Positions 19,905 to 29,791 of a stretch of DNA of 64,000 nt are shown here, piece after piece (the first letter of the stretch is position 1; the number at the start of each line of letters is the position of its first letter). Source of the stretch: Deltaproteobacteria bacterium (GTDB lineage Bacteria; Desulfobacterota; G020345765). The DNA is taken from assembly GCA_020345765.1 (NCBI GenBank), contig CP070770.1:2868612-2932611 (forward strand). The letters are read 5' to 3'. The notes beneath the pieces were generated by a model, which was not told the origin of the DNA, searched no databases, and was given only the letters and a program-made list of their open reading frames with translations. Position numbers and translations under genes: made by a program.

Positions 19905-20774
19905 TTAATAAATGACCTTATTCAGCGGATACTCCACAATCCCGGTGGCCCCGGCCTCTTTCAGTCGTGGGATCAGATCCCTGATGATCTTCTCATCAGC
20001 CACTACCTCTACTGCCACCCAATTGGTATCGGTTAGGTTGGAGATCGTGGGGGTATGCAAGGCAGGCAGGACGGAAAGCGCCTTTTTCAGGTTTTTCCGG
20101 CTAACATTCATCTTAAGCCCTACCTTCTCCTCAGCTAATAGTGCCCCCGCAAACAGGCAGGATAAATCTTCTATCTTCTTCCGCTTCCCGGGAACCTTCC
20201 AGGATTTTTTATTCGCAATAAATAAGGTGGTTGATTCCAGCAGGGTTTCTATCACCTTCAGTTTGTTTGCCCGCAGCGAATCACCGGTCTCCGTCAGCTC
20301 CACGATAGCATCTGCCAGAAAGGGAGGCTTGACCTCGGTTGCCCCCCAGGAGAACTCCACCTTAACCCTAATCTTCTTTTTACGGAAGTAATCCCGGGTA
20401 TAATTAACAAGTTCAGTGGCGATCTTCTTACCTTCCAGATCTCGGCTGCTTCTTATCTTGGAGTTTTCCGGCACCGCCAATACCCAGCGAACCGGCCGGA
20501 GCCCTCCCTTGGCATACTTAAGCTCGGCCACTTCCACTACCTTAGCTCCCTGTTCCATAATCCAGTCCCTTCCGGTCAGCCCCGCATCCAAGATCCCTTC
20601 TTCCACATAGCGCGGTATCTCCTGAGCGCGGATCAACATACCCTCCAGTTCGGGATCATCGATGTAAGGAAAATAGGACCGGTCATTTAAGCCGATCTGG
20701 TAACCGGCTTTCCGGAAGATCCGGAAGGTTGCCTCCTGTAAACTTCCTTTGGGAATCCCAATTTTTAACTTCAT
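19905..20774 (-). CDS. hisG: ATP phosphoribosyltransferase (long form)
   Basis: The ORF-track start (20888) would overlap hisD. ATG 20774 ([13 protein letters not shown]...) follows GGAG and gives about 289 aa, including the C-terminal regulatory domain. Confidence 0.85.
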   Translation of the reverse strand: MKLKIGIPKGSLQEATFRIFRKAGYQIGLNDRSYFPYIDDPELEGMLIRAQEIPRYVEEGILDAGLTGRDWIMEQGAKVVEVAELKYAKGGLRPVRWVLAVPENSKIRSSRDLEGKKIATELVNYTRDYFRKKKIRVKVEFSWGATEVKPPFLADAIVELTETGDSLRANKLKVIETLLESTTLFIANKKSWKVPGKRKKIEDLSCLFAGALLAEEKVGLKMNVSRKNLKKALSVLPALHTPTISNLTDTNWVAVEVVADEKIIRDLIPRLKEAGATGIVEYPLNKVIY

Positions 20775-20796
20775 TTTTTTCTCCATGTCATATTTA

Positions 20797-22104
20797 TTAA
20801 ATTGCTCTTTTTCTTCTAACTCCCATCCTGATCTCAACTGCCTTGGCATGACCTTCCAGGCCTTCCAGGTTGGCAAGCCTGATAACATCCTTGCTTAATT
20901 CCCGCAATTGCTTTTTCTTAAAGAAGATTACGTTCGACCTCTTCAAGAAGTCCTCGACTCCCAAGGGAGAAGAGAATCGGGATGTTCCTCCGGTTGGAAG
21001 GACATGGTTGGGACCTGCCAGGTAATCGCCAACAGCTTCCGGGGTGTAATGTCCGAGAAAGATCGCCCCGGCATTCTTTATCTGTTTAAGGACTGTCCGG
21101 CTGTTCCTGGTTGCCAGCTCAAGGTGCTCCGGGGCAAATTGATTGGCCAGATCCACTGCCTCAGAAAGATCCCGGGTCACGATTATTGCTCCGTTGTTCT
21201 TGATGGCAACTTCGGCTATCTCCCTCCGCTTGAGCTCACGCAACTGGGAAATTAAAATGTTCTTTACCTTGTTGGCGAAAGCAATTGAGGTAGTGATCAG
21301 AATGGAGATTGCCTGTTCATCGTGTTCTGCCTGAGAAAGCAGGTCCGCCGCGATGAAAGCGGGTTCTCCGCTTCCGTCGGAAAGCACCAAGATCTCGCTG
21401 GGGCCGGCAATAATATCAATTCCCACCTGGTGAAAGATCTGCCTTTTGGCGGTAGCGACATAGATGTTCCCCGGACCGACAATCTTATCGACCCGGGGGA
21501 TAGTCTCGGTGCCGTAGGCCAGAGCACCGATGGCCTGGGCACCTCCGATCTTGAAGATCCGATCCGTTCTGGTTAATTCCGCCGCCACCAGAACATAGGG
21601 ACTAATCTCCCCCCGGACCGCCGGGGTGGCCATTATCAGTTCTTTTACCCCGGCCACCCGGGCCGGTATGGCATTCATCAGGACCGTGGATGGATAAGCG
21701 GCCCTTCCCCCGGGAACATATATCCCCACTCTTTCCAGGGGCTTGATTACCTGCCCCAAGGTAATTCCCTCCTCGTCGGAGATGCTCCAGGAAGAAGGAA
21801 GTTTTTTCCGGTGAAAGCTCTCTATCCTTTTTACCGCCAGCTTTAGGGACCGAAGCTCCTGGGAGGTTACCCGGCGGCGGGCTTCCTCGATTTCCTTTCT
21901 GCTTACCTCCAGGCTCCCGGAGGTTAATTTGAAGCTATCCCATTTTTTTGTGAGGGAGAGCAGGGCCTCGTCCCCACCCTCTCTCACTCTGGCAAGGATG
22001 GAGCGGACAACATCCTCAACTTCGCTTGCCTCCCCGTTATTTCGGGAGACAATCTTTTTAAATTCCTCCCTGAAATGGGCCTGGTTTGTCCTTAAGAATT
22101 TCAT
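20797..22104 (-). CDS. hisD: histidinol dehydrogenase
   Basis: 435 aa. HisD motifs are present ([37 protein letters not shown]). Confidence 0.95.
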   Translation of the reverse strand: MKFLRTNQAHFREEFKKIVSRNNGEASEVEDVVRSILARVREGGDEALLSLTKKWDSFKLTSGSLEVSRKEIEEARRRVTSQELRSLKLAVKRIESFHRKKLPSSWSISDEEGITLGQVIKPLERVGIYVPGGRAAYPSTVLMNAIPARVAGVKELIMATPAVRGEISPYVLVAAELTRTDRIFKIGGAQAIGALAYGTETIPRVDKIVGPGNIYVATAKRQIFHQVGIDIIAGPSEILVLSDGSGEPAFIAADLLSQAEHDEQAISILITTSIAFANKVKNILISQLRELKRREIAEVAIKNNGAIIVTRDLSEAVDLANQFAPEHLELATRNSRTVLKQIKNAGAIFLGHYTPEAVGDYLAGPNHVLPTGGTSRFSSPLGVEDFLKRSNVIFFKKKQLRELSKDVIRLANLEGLEGHAKAVEIRMGVRRKRAI

Positions 22105-22594
22105 TAGGATTTAGCCGGAATAAGATTTAGAATTATAACTATAATATATATAAAGTAGTTGTCAACTTAAATCTTGAAAACGTGCCTAAATTTCATTTCT
22201 CTATTTTTTTCAAATATTTATCCCCTAAAATTAGTTGGCCTTCACTTGGGGTCACACCCCCTTTTTTAAGTGGTATTACAGGAGGGAGACTTCATGAATA
22301 TAGCTGTATATATGGTAATTGTACAAAATAGATATACAATATAATGTATTATTTTAGAATTTAAAATGATTTCCTAGGGGGAAAATATTGACATAAATTA
22401 ATTTAATATGTTAAATATCCCTATGAATCAAGAAAAGGGGTCAATATACTCTTTCTCCCCTGATTGGCCTGTTTTAAGGCTACTGCCATTCCAATCATCC
22501 TTCGATATATAGAAAAGGCAATACTTACCAGACTAATCTTAACATATGATTTTGTTGGAGGTATTTGGTCAAATTATCGCAGATAAAAATATTA

Positions 22595-22623
22595 TTGACA
22601 TTTCAATTTAATTTGATTAAATT
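22595..22623 (+). promoter_or_regulatory. sigma-70-like promoter (TTGACA-N17-TAAATT)
   Basis: TTGACA is at 22595-22600 and TAAATT at 22618-22623, 30 nt upstream of the inositol-phosphate synthase ATG. A second TTGACA-N17-TTAAAT lies at 22388-22416. Confidence 0.5.
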
Positions 22624-22652
22624 AGCGTAGGTGGATACAGGGAGACTGAAAT

Positions 22653-23765
22653 ATGAGAGATATTAAAATAGCTATCGCCGGAGTAGGGAACTGCGCCAGC
22701 TCCCTGGTCCAGGGGATTGAATATTACCGCAATAACGGGTCGAAAGATACCATGGGGCTTATGCACTGGGATTTCGGGGGATATCTCCCTACCGATATCA
22801 AAGTAGTTGCTGCATTCGACATTGACCAACGGAAGGTTCGGCAGCCGCTTAACCAGGCGTTGTTCTCGCCTCCTAATTGTACCAAGACAATCTGGAAAGA
22901 TATGCCCGAAAGCGAGGTTATCGTTCAGATGGGCCCGGTTCTGGATGGGGTTTCCGAGCACATGAGCAGTTACGCCCCGGACAAGTCCTTCGTGGTGGCC
23001 GACGAATCCCCGGTTGACGTGGCCAAGATACTCAAGGAGAGCAGGGCGGAGATACTCCTGTCCTATCTCCCGGTAGGGTCAGAGAAGGCGGTCCAATACT
23101 ATGCCGATTGTTGTCTTAAAACAGGCGTAAGTTTAGTAAACTGCGTGCCGGTCTTTATCGCTTCCAATCCAGTTTGGGAGCAGAAATTTAAAAAGAGAGG
23201 AATCCCGGTAGCGGGGGATGATATCAAGTCCCAATTAGGTGCTACCGTCGTCCACCGAAATCTGACCAGGCTCTTTGCTGACCGCGGGGTAAAGCTGGAT
23301 CGGACCTACCAGTTGAATACCGGGGGGAATACCGATTTTCTCAATATGCTTAACCGGGAGAGATTGATATCGAAGAAGATCTCCAAGACCGAAGCGGTGC
23401 AGTCCCAGTTGGAAAACCCCCTGGAAGAGGACAATATCCACATCGGCCCCAGCGATTATATCCCCTGGCAGAAGGACAATAAGGTATGTTTCCTGCGCAT
23501 GGAAGGGAGAGGTTTTGCCGGAATACCATTATCTTTAGAGCTACGATTGTCGGTTGAGGATTCCCCCAACAGCGCCGGGGTGGCCATTGATGTGATAAGA
23601 TACTGCCGGCTGGCCCGAGACCGAGGGGAGGGCGGCGCTCTCTTACCCATTTCCGCCTATTGTATGAAACATCCTCCCCAGCAGATGAACGAAGCCGAGG
23701 CCCGGGCATTAATCGAGGAATTTATCCGGCAGAGCAAAGTCACCTCCGCAACCGCCCGGTTTTAA
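22653..23765 (+). CDS. myo-inositol-1-phosphate (inositol-3-phosphate) synthase
   Basis: 370 aa. The N-terminus IAIAGVGNCASSLVQGIEYY matches the bacterial/actinobacterial Ino1 NAD-binding motif. Confidence 0.8.
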   Translation: MRDIKIAIAGVGNCASSLVQGIEYYRNNGSKDTMGLMHWDFGGYLPTDIKVVAAFDIDQRKVRQPLNQALFSPPNCTKTIWKDMPESEVIVQMGPVLDGVSEHMSSYAPDKSFVVADESPVDVAKILKESRAEILLSYLPVGSEKAVQYYADCCLKTGVSLVNCVPVFIASNPVWEQKFKKRGIPVAGDDIKSQLGATVVHRNLTRLFADRGVKLDRTYQLNTGGNTDFLNMLNRERLISKKISKTEAVQSQLENPLEEDNIHIGPSDYIPWQKDNKVCFLRMEGRGFAGIPLSLELRLSVEDSPNSAGVAIDVIRYCRLARDRGEGGALLPISAYCMKHPPQQMNEAEARALIEEFIRQSKVTSATARF

Positions 23766-23913
23766 TAATAAGCCGGGACTTTTCTACTGAGATAAATAGA
23801 CTTCCTGAAGATTTCATTCCCCTATTGTTCCCTTAAAGCCCCCATATTTTCTTTCGGGATAATTGCTAAAGATATGGGGGTATGTTATTTTAATGAAAAA
23901 TCTCGGAGGTCAG

Positions 23914-25065
23914 ATGGGTAGTTACCTGAGGACAGTTCCGATCCTGGGAATGATTATTCTTAGCAGTTGCTCGAATAATATGTTGGTCGAGAGATCTCCT
24001 CTGGTTTATTCATTTGACGGAAAAGAGTATCAGCTTGAGGCCGAGCTCTACCCCGGCGCCCGGTTCGAAGCCGGGGAAAGGACTGATTATATAATGCTTG
24101 GGCAGCTGAGCCCGGTAAATGACGAATATCGGTTGAGGATCGTCAGCGGACCGACAAAGAACTATGTTAACGAACTGAAACTCCTGATCGTGGATCGTCC
24201 TGCGGGGATGGAACTTCTTCCCGGAGAGGACGGCCGGCTTTACACACTGAGCAGTCCCGCTGAGCCTCGGATTGCCCTGGATAAGAAACTCAACGATCTT
24301 CTGTCCCTGGTAAGACAAAGTGATGATAAAAGCTGGGGAGAGCCTTCCCACCCGCTTTCCCTTTTGACTAAAAGCCCTGATTGGGATTGGATGGACCTGA
24401 GCTTCGAGAGACCCAGGAGTTTGCCGCGGGTTAAGTTAATCATTGAGGCGGTGAATACGCTCCGGGCCTCCCTGATGGAAAGAGATTATTTGGCGGAAAG
24501 GGGATATCGCTCGGAGAAAGAGCTGAAAAAGATGGGGGAACTCCCCGGAGAGTTCGAAGACTTCCAGAAGTGGAGGGAGGAGAACCTGACTCTTCAGATC
24601 ATGCTCTGGAACGGTGACACCTGGGAGCTTATGGCAAAAGCCCAGCCGGTCGGCTCCCGGGCGGTCAGGAAGTTGGTCTTTCCCTTAAATGCCGGGGAAG
24701 CCGGGGGAGAATATATTAAGCTTCGGCTGAAAACTACATCCCTGGTATGGAGAATTGACCGGGTAGCGATTGACTATTCCCCGCAGAGGGATATTGCGGT
24801 TAGGGAGGCCAGACTAATAGAGGCTCGGAGTTCCTCCGGTAACAGGCTCGAAGGGCTTCTCCGAAGGAAGGACACTAAGTATTATGTTGCCACGGAAGGG
24901 GAGAGCGCCGAGCTTGTTTTTAGGGCCGTTCCCGAGAAAAAAGGCTCCGAAAGGTCCTGTCTGATAAAGATAAATGGGTATTATCAGGCTCGATTTCCGG
25001 GGCCCGGGGAAGATATCCGGGATGAGCTTGACCAGTTACTGAAGAAATTCTTTGACCAGGGCTGA
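23914..25065 (+). CDS. hypothetical lipoprotein
   Basis: ATG 23914 lies 4 nt after GGAGGT. The signal peptide has a lipobox (ILGMIILSSC). I recognised no domain. The ORF-track start 23863 lies inside a 9-bp inverted repeat. Confidence 0.55.
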   Translation: MGSYLRTVPILGMIILSSCSNNMLVERSPLVYSFDGKEYQLEAELYPGARFEAGERTDYIMLGQLSPVNDEYRLRIVSGPTKNYVNELKLLIVDRPAGMELLPGEDGRLYTLSSPAEPRIALDKKLNDLLSLVRQSDDKSWGEPSHPLSLLTKSPDWDWMDLSFERPRSLPRVKLIIEAVNTLRASLMERDYLAERGYRSEKELKKMGELPGEFEDFQKWREENLTLQIMLWNGDTWELMAKAQPVGSRAVRKLVFPLNAGEAGGEYIKLRLKTTSLVWRIDRVAIDYSPQRDIAVREARLIEARSSSGNRLEGLLRRKDTKYYVATEGESAELVFRAVPEKKGSERSCLIKINGYYQARFPGPGEDIRDELDQLLKKFFDQG

Positions 25066-25074
25066 TTTGTCATA

Positions 25075-25923
25075 ATGAATCAAATGTTAGAGCTTGGGAC
25101 ACTTTACATTGTATCCACTCCCATAGGCAACCTTGAGGATATCACACTGAGGGCGCTCCGAATATTGAGAGAGGTTGATGTGGTTGCCGCCGAGGATACC
25201 CGGCATACCCGGAAGCTACTCAGCCATTATAAGATTTCTACTCCTCTGACCAGCTACTTTGAGCACAATAAATTTCGGAAAGGGAGTTATCTGCTTAAAA
25301 AATTGAAGGAGGGGAAGGATATTGCCCTGGTATCAGATGCCGGCACCCCGGGGATCTCCGATCCCGGTTACCATCTTATCCAGCTGGCGCGGAAGAATTC
25401 CATCCGGACAGTTCCGATCCCCGGCTCCTCGGCGGTCATCGCGGCCCTGAGCGTCTCCGGGCTGCCGACTGACAGCTTCGTATTCGAGGGCTTTCTCCCG
25501 GCCCCGAGAGGTAAAAGGAAGAGATATTTGGAGGCTCTCAAGGACGAGAGAAGAACCGTGGTTTTATACGAGTCTCCCCGACGGTTACTGGCTACCCTGG
25601 AAGATATAAAGTCGGTTTTTGGGAGCCGGGATATTGTGGTAGGTCGTGAGCTCACCAAGATTCACGAGGATGTCCTAAGAGGAACGGTGGATGAGGTGAT
25701 CGGGGAATTAAAGGGGAAAAAGATTAAAGGTGAGATTACCCTGATAGTAGCGGGGAGAAAAGATTCTCGGGCCTGTCGGGAGCCTTTGCGGGAAGAACTG
25801 AAAATACATCTGAAGGAATCGGGACTACCACTAAAGGAGATTGTTGGACTCGTCGCGAAAAGGAGAGGTATCCCCCGAAAAGAGGTTTATCAGGAGAGCC
25901 TGAAATTGAAGGGGACGAAGTAG
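25075..25923 (+). CDS. rsmI: 16S rRNA (cytidine1402-2'-O)-methyltransferase
   Basis: 282 aa. LYIVSTPIGNLEDITLRALRILREVDVVAAEDTRHTRKLL is a canonical RsmI N-terminus. Confidence 0.9.
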   Translation: MNQMLELGTLYIVSTPIGNLEDITLRALRILREVDVVAAEDTRHTRKLLSHYKISTPLTSYFEHNKFRKGSYLLKKLKEGKDIALVSDAGTPGISDPGYHLIQLARKNSIRTVPIPGSSAVIAALSVSGLPTDSFVFEGFLPAPRGKRKRYLEALKDERRTVVLYESPRRLLATLEDIKSVFGSRDIVVGRELTKIHEDVLRGTVDEVIGELKGKKIKGEITLIVAGRKDSRACREPLREELKIHLKESGLPLKEIVGLVAKRRGIPRKEVYQESLKLKGTK

Positions 25924-25994
25924 GTCGCTTTTTCTTGACAGGTGGTTAAATTTTCAGTATTCATAAGGAAAAGGTTTAGGATGGGAGGTGTCTG

Positions 25995-26189
25995 ATGAAG
26001 AAATTTTTTCTCGGGTTTGTCGTGGGGATTGTCATTAGCTTTATCTTTGTCTACTTTGGAGGGGGAAGACTGATTGAGGATGTCGGAAAGAAGACGCAAA
26101 AGGTGGAAAAAAGAATAAAGCGGGAAATCAAGCAGACTATCGAAGGGGCTGATGAAGTCAAGGAGGGGGCCAAGAAGATCAGTGAGTAG
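25995..26189 (+). CDS. small membrane-anchored hypothetical protein
   Basis: 64 aa. RBS GGGAGG precedes the start. It has one N-terminal TM helix and a Lys/Glu-rich tail. Confidence 0.45.
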   Translation: MKKFFLGFVVGIVISFIFVYFGGGRLIEDVGKKTQKVEKRIKREIKQTIEGADEVKEGAKKISE

Positions 26190-26201
26190 AAAGGAGTATT
26201 T

Positions 26202-27848
26202 ATTAAGAAGATTTACGGAACAATCAGCGGACTAAAGGCCAATCAACAGAAGAAGATACAGAATATCTACCGCCGTAAAATACCCCCCCATATGCTGATC
26301 TCCGGTGAGCTTGCCCGGTATCTTGCCGAAATTTCCCAGCAGACCGGTCGTCAGCTGGGACTCCTAATTAATCGCAAGGGCGTGGTTGAATATGTAATCG
26401 CCGGTGATGCAAAAAAAATCATTATACCCGAATTGGAAAGAATGCGAAGCGGTCCGGGCCGGCTGCGCGGATTGCGTTTCGTTCATACCCACCTTAACGG
26501 TGAGGGACTGACCCACGATGATCTTACCGACCTCGCCCTGCTCAGGCTTGACCTGATTGCCGCAGTCGAGGCACGGCTAGAAGGGGCCGGGAAGCTTCAT
26601 ATTGCCCACCTCCTGCCGGATAATACCGAGGGGAAAACCTGGGAGATTCTTCCCCCAATCTGGCTACAGCAACTGGATCTGAATTTTCTGGATCTGGTCA
26701 ACTCCCTGGAGGAGGAGCTTGCCGACCGGATCACGGTGAAAGAGGTTGACCGCTCCCGGGAGCGGGCTATCCTGGTAAGCGTCTATACTGGACCGAAGTA
26801 TCGGGCCGAGGATTCAATGGAGGAATTGAAGGAACTGGTCAGATCCAGTGGGGCTACCATCCTGGATATAGTGTTTCAGCACCGTCCCCAGATCCATCCC
26901 CGGTACCTGATGGGGAAAGGGAAGCTGGAGGAGTTTATTATCAGATGTATGCAGTTAGGGGCCGATGTTATCATCTTCGACCAGAATCTCACTCCGGTCC
27001 AGGAGAAGACGATATCCGAAAATATCGAGGTTAAGATCGTCGATCGCACCCAGCTTATCCTCGATATATTTGCCCAGCGTGCCCAGAGCCAGGACGGTAA
27101 GATCCAAGTCGAGCTTGCGCAGCTAAAATACCTTCTTCCCCGGCTGGCTACCAAGAATACCGCCATGTCCCGACTCACCGGGGGTATCGGGGCGAGGGGA
27201 CCGGGGGAGACCAAGCTGGAGATCAATCGGCGCCGGTTGAACGACCGGATCACTACCCTGGAAAAAAAGATCGATGAGCTCAGCAAGAGCCGTGCCCAAC
27301 AAAGGGCGAAGAGGAAGGCCGCGGGGCTGCCGATCATTTCCATTATCGGTTATACCAATGCTGGTAAGTCCACTCTCCTCAATTCATTGACCGAAAGCGA
27401 GGTGGTTACCCGGGACCAGCTCTTTGCCACCCTTGACCCAACCAGCCGGAGGCTGCGCTTTCCCGAGGAGAGAGAGGTAATCATCACCGATACCGTCGGC
27501 TTCATTAAGGATCTTCCTCCGGACTTGATCGCCGCCTTCCGGCCCACCCTGGAGGAGCTGAAGGAAGCCAACCTCCTCCTGCTGATTGTGGACATCAGCA
27601 ATCCCCGGTGGGAGGACCATATCCAATCGGTTAACCAGATTCTGACCGGTCTGACACTCGACCATATTCCCCAACTATTGGTATTCAACAAACAGGACAA
27701 GGTTTCCCCGGAACTAACCGCTAATGTCTGCCGTCAATATCAGGGCATCTCCATCTCCGCCCTCCAGCAGGAGACTCTTCCGACCCTGGTTGAGGCGGTC
27801 AAGGATAAAATATGGGGCGGGAAGGACAATGGAAGTTTATCCGATTGA
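26202..27848 (+). CDS. hflX: GTPase HflX (start probably upstream of the first ATG)
   Basis: The G-domain shows GYTNAGKSTLLN, DTVGF and NKQD. The conserved HflX N-terminal sequence IKKIYGTISGLKANQQKKIQNIYRRKIPPH is encoded in frame upstream of ATG 26292. The frame opens after TAG 26187-26189. AAGGAG (26191-26196) precedes ATT 26202. Confidence 0.8.
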   Translation: MKKIYGTISGLKANQQKKIQNIYRRKIPPHMLISGELARYLAEISQQTGRQLGLLINRKGVVEYVIAGDAKKIIIPELERMRSGPGRLRGLRFVHTHLNGEGLTHDDLTDLALLRLDLIAAVEARLEGAGKLHIAHLLPDNTEGKTWEILPPIWLQQLDLNFLDLVNSLEEELADRITVKEVDRSRERAILVSVYTGPKYRAEDSMEELKELVRSSGATILDIVFQHRPQIHPRYLMGKGKLEEFIIRCMQLGADVIIFDQNLTPVQEKTISENIEVKIVDRTQLILDIFAQRAQSQDGKIQVELAQLKYLLPRLATKNTAMSRLTGGIGARGPGETKLEINRRRLNDRITTLEKKIDELSKSRAQQRAKRKAAGLPIISIIGYTNAGKSTLLNSLTESEVVTRDQLFATLDPTSRRLRFPEEREVIITDTVGFIKDLPPDLIAAFRPTLEELKEANLLLLIVDISNPRWEDHIQSVNQILTGLTLDHIPQLLVFNKQDKVSPELTANVCRQYQGISISALQQETLPTLVEAVKDKIWGGKDNGSLSD

Positions 27849-28080
27849 GCATAAGGGGCTTATTCTGAATATAATTACCGATTATGACCTCACTTTTAAG
27901 GAGCTGCGCTTACTCCTCGATAAATTGATGGAAGAAGAGGCCTTCGGTCCGGGAGGAAGTGAGCCGGGAGACGGATGCTTCTATGATATCGTAATTGATG
28001 AATGGAAATATATAGTAGATGTTCAGGGTTATGAGGTCGTTGTCTACCGGAAGATCCCCGAGGAGGAGGAAATATCTTAA
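27829..28080 (+). CDS. small hypothetical protein
   Basis: Internal ATG of the 27724..28080 ORF (MEVYPIEHKG...). It overlaps the hflX 3' end by 20 nt. I recognised no domain. Confidence 0.3.
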   Translation: MEVYPIEHKGLILNIITDYDLTFKELRLLLDKLMEEEAFGPGGSEPGDGCFYDIVIDEWKYIVDVQGYEVVVYRKIPEEEEIS

Positions 28081-29657
28081 GTCCGGGTGAGTATCCTTCC
28101 TCCCCTTTCCCCGGTATGCTTCCCTTCTTCCACCGTTATTTTCCCGTTAACGATCACATATTCAATTCCCCGGGGATATTGACGGGGCTCGAGATAGCTT
28201 GCCCGGTCCTCTATCTTTAAGGGATCGAAAATAACGATATCGGCAAAGTTCCCCGCTTTCAGTTCTCCCCTCTCCCTGATCCCCAGCTTTCGGCAGGGAT
28301 CGAGGGTCATTTTTCTTATCGCGGTACCGAGATCCAGAATCCCCTCTTCCCGCACATACTTACTCAAGACCCGGGGGAAGGTACCGTAGGCCCGGGGATG
28401 GGGCCGTCCCTGGCTTAATACCCCGTGGTCAGCCCGGAGAGCGGCGTCACTGCCCACCATACAATAGGGTCTGCGGATTATTCTTTTCAGGTTTTCTTCG
28501 GACATATTAAAATAGATGGCGGTCACCCGACCCTCTTCCCGGCAGAGGAGGTCAAGGGTAAAATTCAGGGTTTCCTTGCCCTCCGAGCTTGCTGCCTGAG
28601 AGAGTTTCTGGCCTTCGTATTTTCTGTTCTCCTCCCAGAAGACCTGGGAGATGACTACGCTCTCCCAATAGTCAGCAGGGTGCTGCCGGGAGATATCCTC
28701 CTTTATTTTTTCTCTCTCCTCGGGTTTTTTGAGCCGGCTGAGCATCTTTTCCCGGCCCCCCTCGACCGCCCACTTCGGCAGAATGGAGGTCAAGACGGTG
28801 TGGGAGGCCGGATAGGGGTAGCAGTCGCAGCTAACCCTGATCCCCTCGGCTTGCGCCCCTTCAATCAGCGAGAAGACGGCATCGATTTTATCCCAATTCT
28901 CTCTTTCCGCAAGCTTCAGATGGGAGATCTGAAGCGGGATATCGGCCTCCTTCCCGACCTTCAGGGCTTCCCCGAGTGCCTCGATTATTTCCTTACCCTC
29001 GCTCCGGAGATGGAAGGCAAAGATACCATAGTATTGCCTTGCCACTTTACCCAAGGCGACCAATTCCGGCAAACCGGTAAAACATCCCGGGGGATAGAAC
29101 AGGCCGGCGGAGATACCGAACGCCCCCTCCTTCATCCCGGCTTCCGCTTCCCGGGTCATCTGGTGAAGCTCTTCCTCGGCAGGTGCACTGTCCTTCCCTC
29201 CCATAACCGAGCTCCGGAGGTTGCCCTGGCCGATTAATGAGCCGAAATTAATCGAGATTCCTTCTTTGATAAGCTCCTGGTGATATTCTCGCAGGGTTTT
29301 CCAATGTGGTTCCAGGCCGAAGATTTTTTTAGCGGATTTCTTCCTTTCCTCGGCGGCCTCGCCCCAGATGGGAGCGGCAGATGAGCCGCAGTTCCCTGCG
29401 ATCTCCGTAGTTACTCCCTGACGGACTTTACTTTCGGCCTGGGGATTGATGATAATCTGGTAATCGGAATGGCCGTGAATATCAACGAATCCCGGACAGA
29501 CGGCCAGGCCGTTACCTTTAATGGTCCTTTTTGCTTTCCCGGAAGCTTTACCGCTTACCGTCGCTATCCTTTCTCCCTGTACCGCCAGGTGTCCCGGGAG
29601 ACCTGGCCCACCGTTCCCGTCATAAATAACGGTATCTTTTATCAATAGGTCGTACAT
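28077..29657 (-). CDS. N-acyl-D-amino-acid deacylase (D-aminoacylase) family amidohydrolase
   Basis: 526 aa. MYDLLIKDTVIYDG...PGFVDIHGHSD is the metal-binding HxH motif. The length is typical of D-aminoacylases. Confidence 0.8.
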   Translation of the reverse strand: MYDLLIKDTVIYDGNGGPGLPGHLAVQGERIATVSGKASGKAKRTIKGNGLAVCPGFVDIHGHSDYQIIINPQAESKVRQGVTTEIAGNCGSSAAPIWGEAAEERKKSAKKIFGLEPHWKTLREYHQELIKEGISINFGSLIGQGNLRSSVMGGKDSAPAEEELHQMTREAEAGMKEGAFGISAGLFYPPGCFTGLPELVALGKVARQYYGIFAFHLRSEGKEIIEALGEALKVGKEADIPLQISHLKLAERENWDKIDAVFSLIEGAQAEGIRVSCDCYPYPASHTVLTSILPKWAVEGGREKMLSRLKKPEEREKIKEDISRQHPADYWESVVISQVFWEENRKYEGQKLSQAASSEGKETLNFTLDLLCREEGRVTAIYFNMSEENLKRIIRRPYCMVGSDAALRADHGVLSQGRPHPRAYGTFPRVLSKYVREEGILDLGTAIRKMTLDPCRKLGIRERGELKAGNFADIVIFDPLKIEDRASYLEPRQYPRGIEYVIVNGKITVEEGKHTGERGGRILTRT

Positions 29658-29664
29658 GTTAACT

Positions 29665-29697
29665 CAAATCCCAATGACCAAATCCCAAATCCCAATT
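29665..29697. repeat. three tandem AAATCCCAA(T) units (ATTGGGATTTG family)
   Basis: CAAATCCCAATGACCAAATCCCAAATCCCAATT lies immediately upstream of the D-aminoacylase start. Related copies are at 11582-11594 and 42102-42116. Confidence 0.5.
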
Positions 29698-29791
29698 ATT
29701 TTGTAATTTATTTAGTGGATAGGCGGGGCTTTCCAGCCCCGCTGACAGCACAGGAAAGCGCCGTCTATCTGGAATTATTCACTGTTATTAC

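Noticed and set aside
22294-22344. his-operon attenuator leader peptide
   Set aside because: The 16-codon mini-ORF has no His codons. It is oriented away from hisD (plus strand, while hisD is on the minus strand).
29665-29697. Possible CRISPR-like or microsatellite array (AAATCCCAA units)
   Set aside because: There are only three ~10-nt units with no spacers, and no cas genes are in the window. It is better explained as a short dispersed repeat.
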